Shown here: piece by piece, positions 62,384 to 64,000 of the stretch
How the letters are laid out: each line of letters begins with the position of its first letter
Position numbering within the stretch: position 1 is the stretch's first letter
NCBI GenBank assembly: GCA_002104905.1
Contig: MCFE01000053.1
Location: 62,001 to 126,000, forward strand
Source of the DNA: Basidiobolus meristosporus CBS 931.73
Lineage: Eukaryota > Fungi > Basidiobolomycota
Direction of reading: 5' to 3'
Length of the DNA stretch: 64,000 bases
Position numbers and translations under genes: made by a program
The notes under the pieces: model-generated
What the model was told of the DNA's origin: nothing
What the model saw: the letters and a program-made list of their open reading frames with translations, nothing else
Databases searched by the model: none

Positions 62384-63821
62384 ATGCCTTCCCACCTTCC
62401 CAGAAAACGCCCTTTCGGCCCTCAAACAGACAGTATGAGCGTTGCCAAAATTTGTGAAGAGGTCAAGAGAACCTTTAGCAAAGCGGCGGCGAAGGGTATC
62501 CTAAGCGACGTGACAAACCGACAGGTAGAGATCGTTTTCCGCGCGTTGATTCTACTCCTTATGTTTAACGCTCTTTTTGCCACTCTAGCAAGAGAATAGA
62601 TCTGACAAGCATGCACACAAGCCTGTGAATAAACCGCTTCCGAAACTTCCGGTTGCCGATTGCTTTCCTGAAGAAGTCAGTCGAGTCAGTCACACTAACG
62701 AGGATCAAAATCAAAATCTCAGTCACGAGCCACATTCGGCCGAGACTACAATTGACCCATCCGTTGAGAACACCGCCGAGGGAGAAGACTCCATGTTTGA
62801 TGGCAGGCCACCCGTAGTCTTTGAAAAAATAGTGGAAGTTGCGATGGAAACCGACTCTACAGAAGCTGACCCGTTTAATCCAGCCGCACATGATATTGAA
62901 GAAGCGGATATGCACGACGTGAATATGGTTGCAGAATATGCCGACGAGATCATGGAATACATGAAGGAACTCGAGGTTGATAGAGAAAATTTTGACCCAT
63001 TTGCGCGCCATCAGATACTAATTTTTTCGTGATAGATTCGTATGATGCCTGACCATTACTATATAGACAGACAACCTGAGCTCAAATGGCACATGCGCTC
63101 CATCCTTTTGGACTGGTTGGTCCAAGTCCACGACCGTTTCAAGATGCATCAGGAGACACTTTTTCTCTGCGTCAACTACATCGACCGATTTCTTTCTGTG
63201 AAAGAAATATCGGTGGACAAGCTCCAGCTGGTGGGAATCACCGCCTTGTTCATTGCGGCCAAATACGAGGAAATAAGCGCGCCTACGATCAGCGAGATGG
63301 TGTTCATGGTGGACAAAGCCTATTCTATTGATGATCTCAAGAAAGCCGAAAGATTCATGATCAACATACTGAATTATGAACTGGGCTATCCTGGCCCACT
63401 CAGCTTCTTGAGACGTATCTCCAAGGCTGATCGCTATGATTCTTCCATTCGTACACTGGCCAAATATCTGGTGGAGGTTACCATCATGTACGAAGTCTTC
63501 ATTCAGTATCCCTCCTCGAAGGTTGCTGCCGCAAGTTACTATCTCTCCATGGGATTGTTGAACAAAGGGACTTGGGTAATTATCCACATGCCAGATTCCA
63601 ATCAATTCCACGACCTAACGAGATTCTCCTCTTCTCACCAGACCAATTCACACATTCATTATTCGGGCTATACGGAAATGGACCTAATGCAGTGTGCGCT
63701 TCAGATCCGAAGCCGTCTTCCCCACAAGCAAAACCACGAAGCCATCTACATCAAGTATTATTCCTCCAAATACTTGAGAGCCTCTGAATATGTGGACGAA
63801 GTATTCCAGAGCTATCTCTAA
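62384..63821 (+). CDS. B-type (G2/M) cyclin, Clb/Cdc13 family (multi-exon)
   Basis: MVAEYADEIMEYM; cyclin box MRSILLDWLVQVH..QETLFLCVNYIDRFLS..LQLVGITALFIAAKYEE; PLSFLRRISKAD. Introns near 62525, 62977 and 63577. Confidence 0.92.
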
Positions 63822-64000
63822 CCCATTGCCCGGTCCCACTCAAAACCTTTCCACGGCTTCCGTGTTGATCTTTAAAAAAGCAGATGTGTACCATGTACAC
63901 ACCAAAACCCGCATTTCCCCGCCGTTTTTATTTATGTCTCAAATTGTTTATATCGTTGTACACCCGCCGTGGACTCTCACCGACCCTAACTTACCTCAAG

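Noticed and set aside
53097-63821. CDC4-NUF2-cyclin B as a functional cell-cycle gene cluster
   Set aside because: Three mitotic genes within ~11 kb interleaved with unrelated genes and no shared motif seen; chance cannot be excluded without synteny data.
1-64000. tRNA, rRNA or other structured ncRNA genes
   Set aside because: None recognisable by eye; a tRNAscan-SE/Infernal run would be needed to exclude them.

Overview
Eukaryotic (fungal) DNA, probably from an early-diverging zygomycete-grade fungus; this is inferred from ~55-67 bp GT-AG introns and the gene set, and the species cannot be fixed from sequence. There are two sharply different halves. (1) ~1-42.8 kb is a gene-free, strongly CpG-depleted block of nested transposons: CACTA/EnSpm-like remnants, a Ty3/Gypsy family (one gag-protease-only element plus two solo LTRs), two Ty1/Copia families (at least six partial or near-complete copies), a PIF/Harbinger-IS5-like element with a related palindromic MITE, a C4-rich minisatellite and unclassified repeats. 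(2) ~42.8-64 kb is gene-dense with normal CpG: a giant intronless group-III (Nik1/Os-1-type) hybrid histidine kinase with 18 x 92-aa poly-HAMP units, an F-box-less WD40 paralog next to a full CDC4-like gene, PMP3, a LEA_2-like membrane protein, NUF2 and a B-type cyclin. Top observations: all three Gypsy-family insertions sit in 4-bp target duplications centred on CpG; in several target duplications the two copies were deaminated on opposite strands, pointing to very fast CpG-directed mutation of repeats; the HAMP array is unusually long and recently expanded; the F-box-less Cdc4 twin shares a near-identical tract with its parent. All alignments and counts were made by eye and need computational confirmation.
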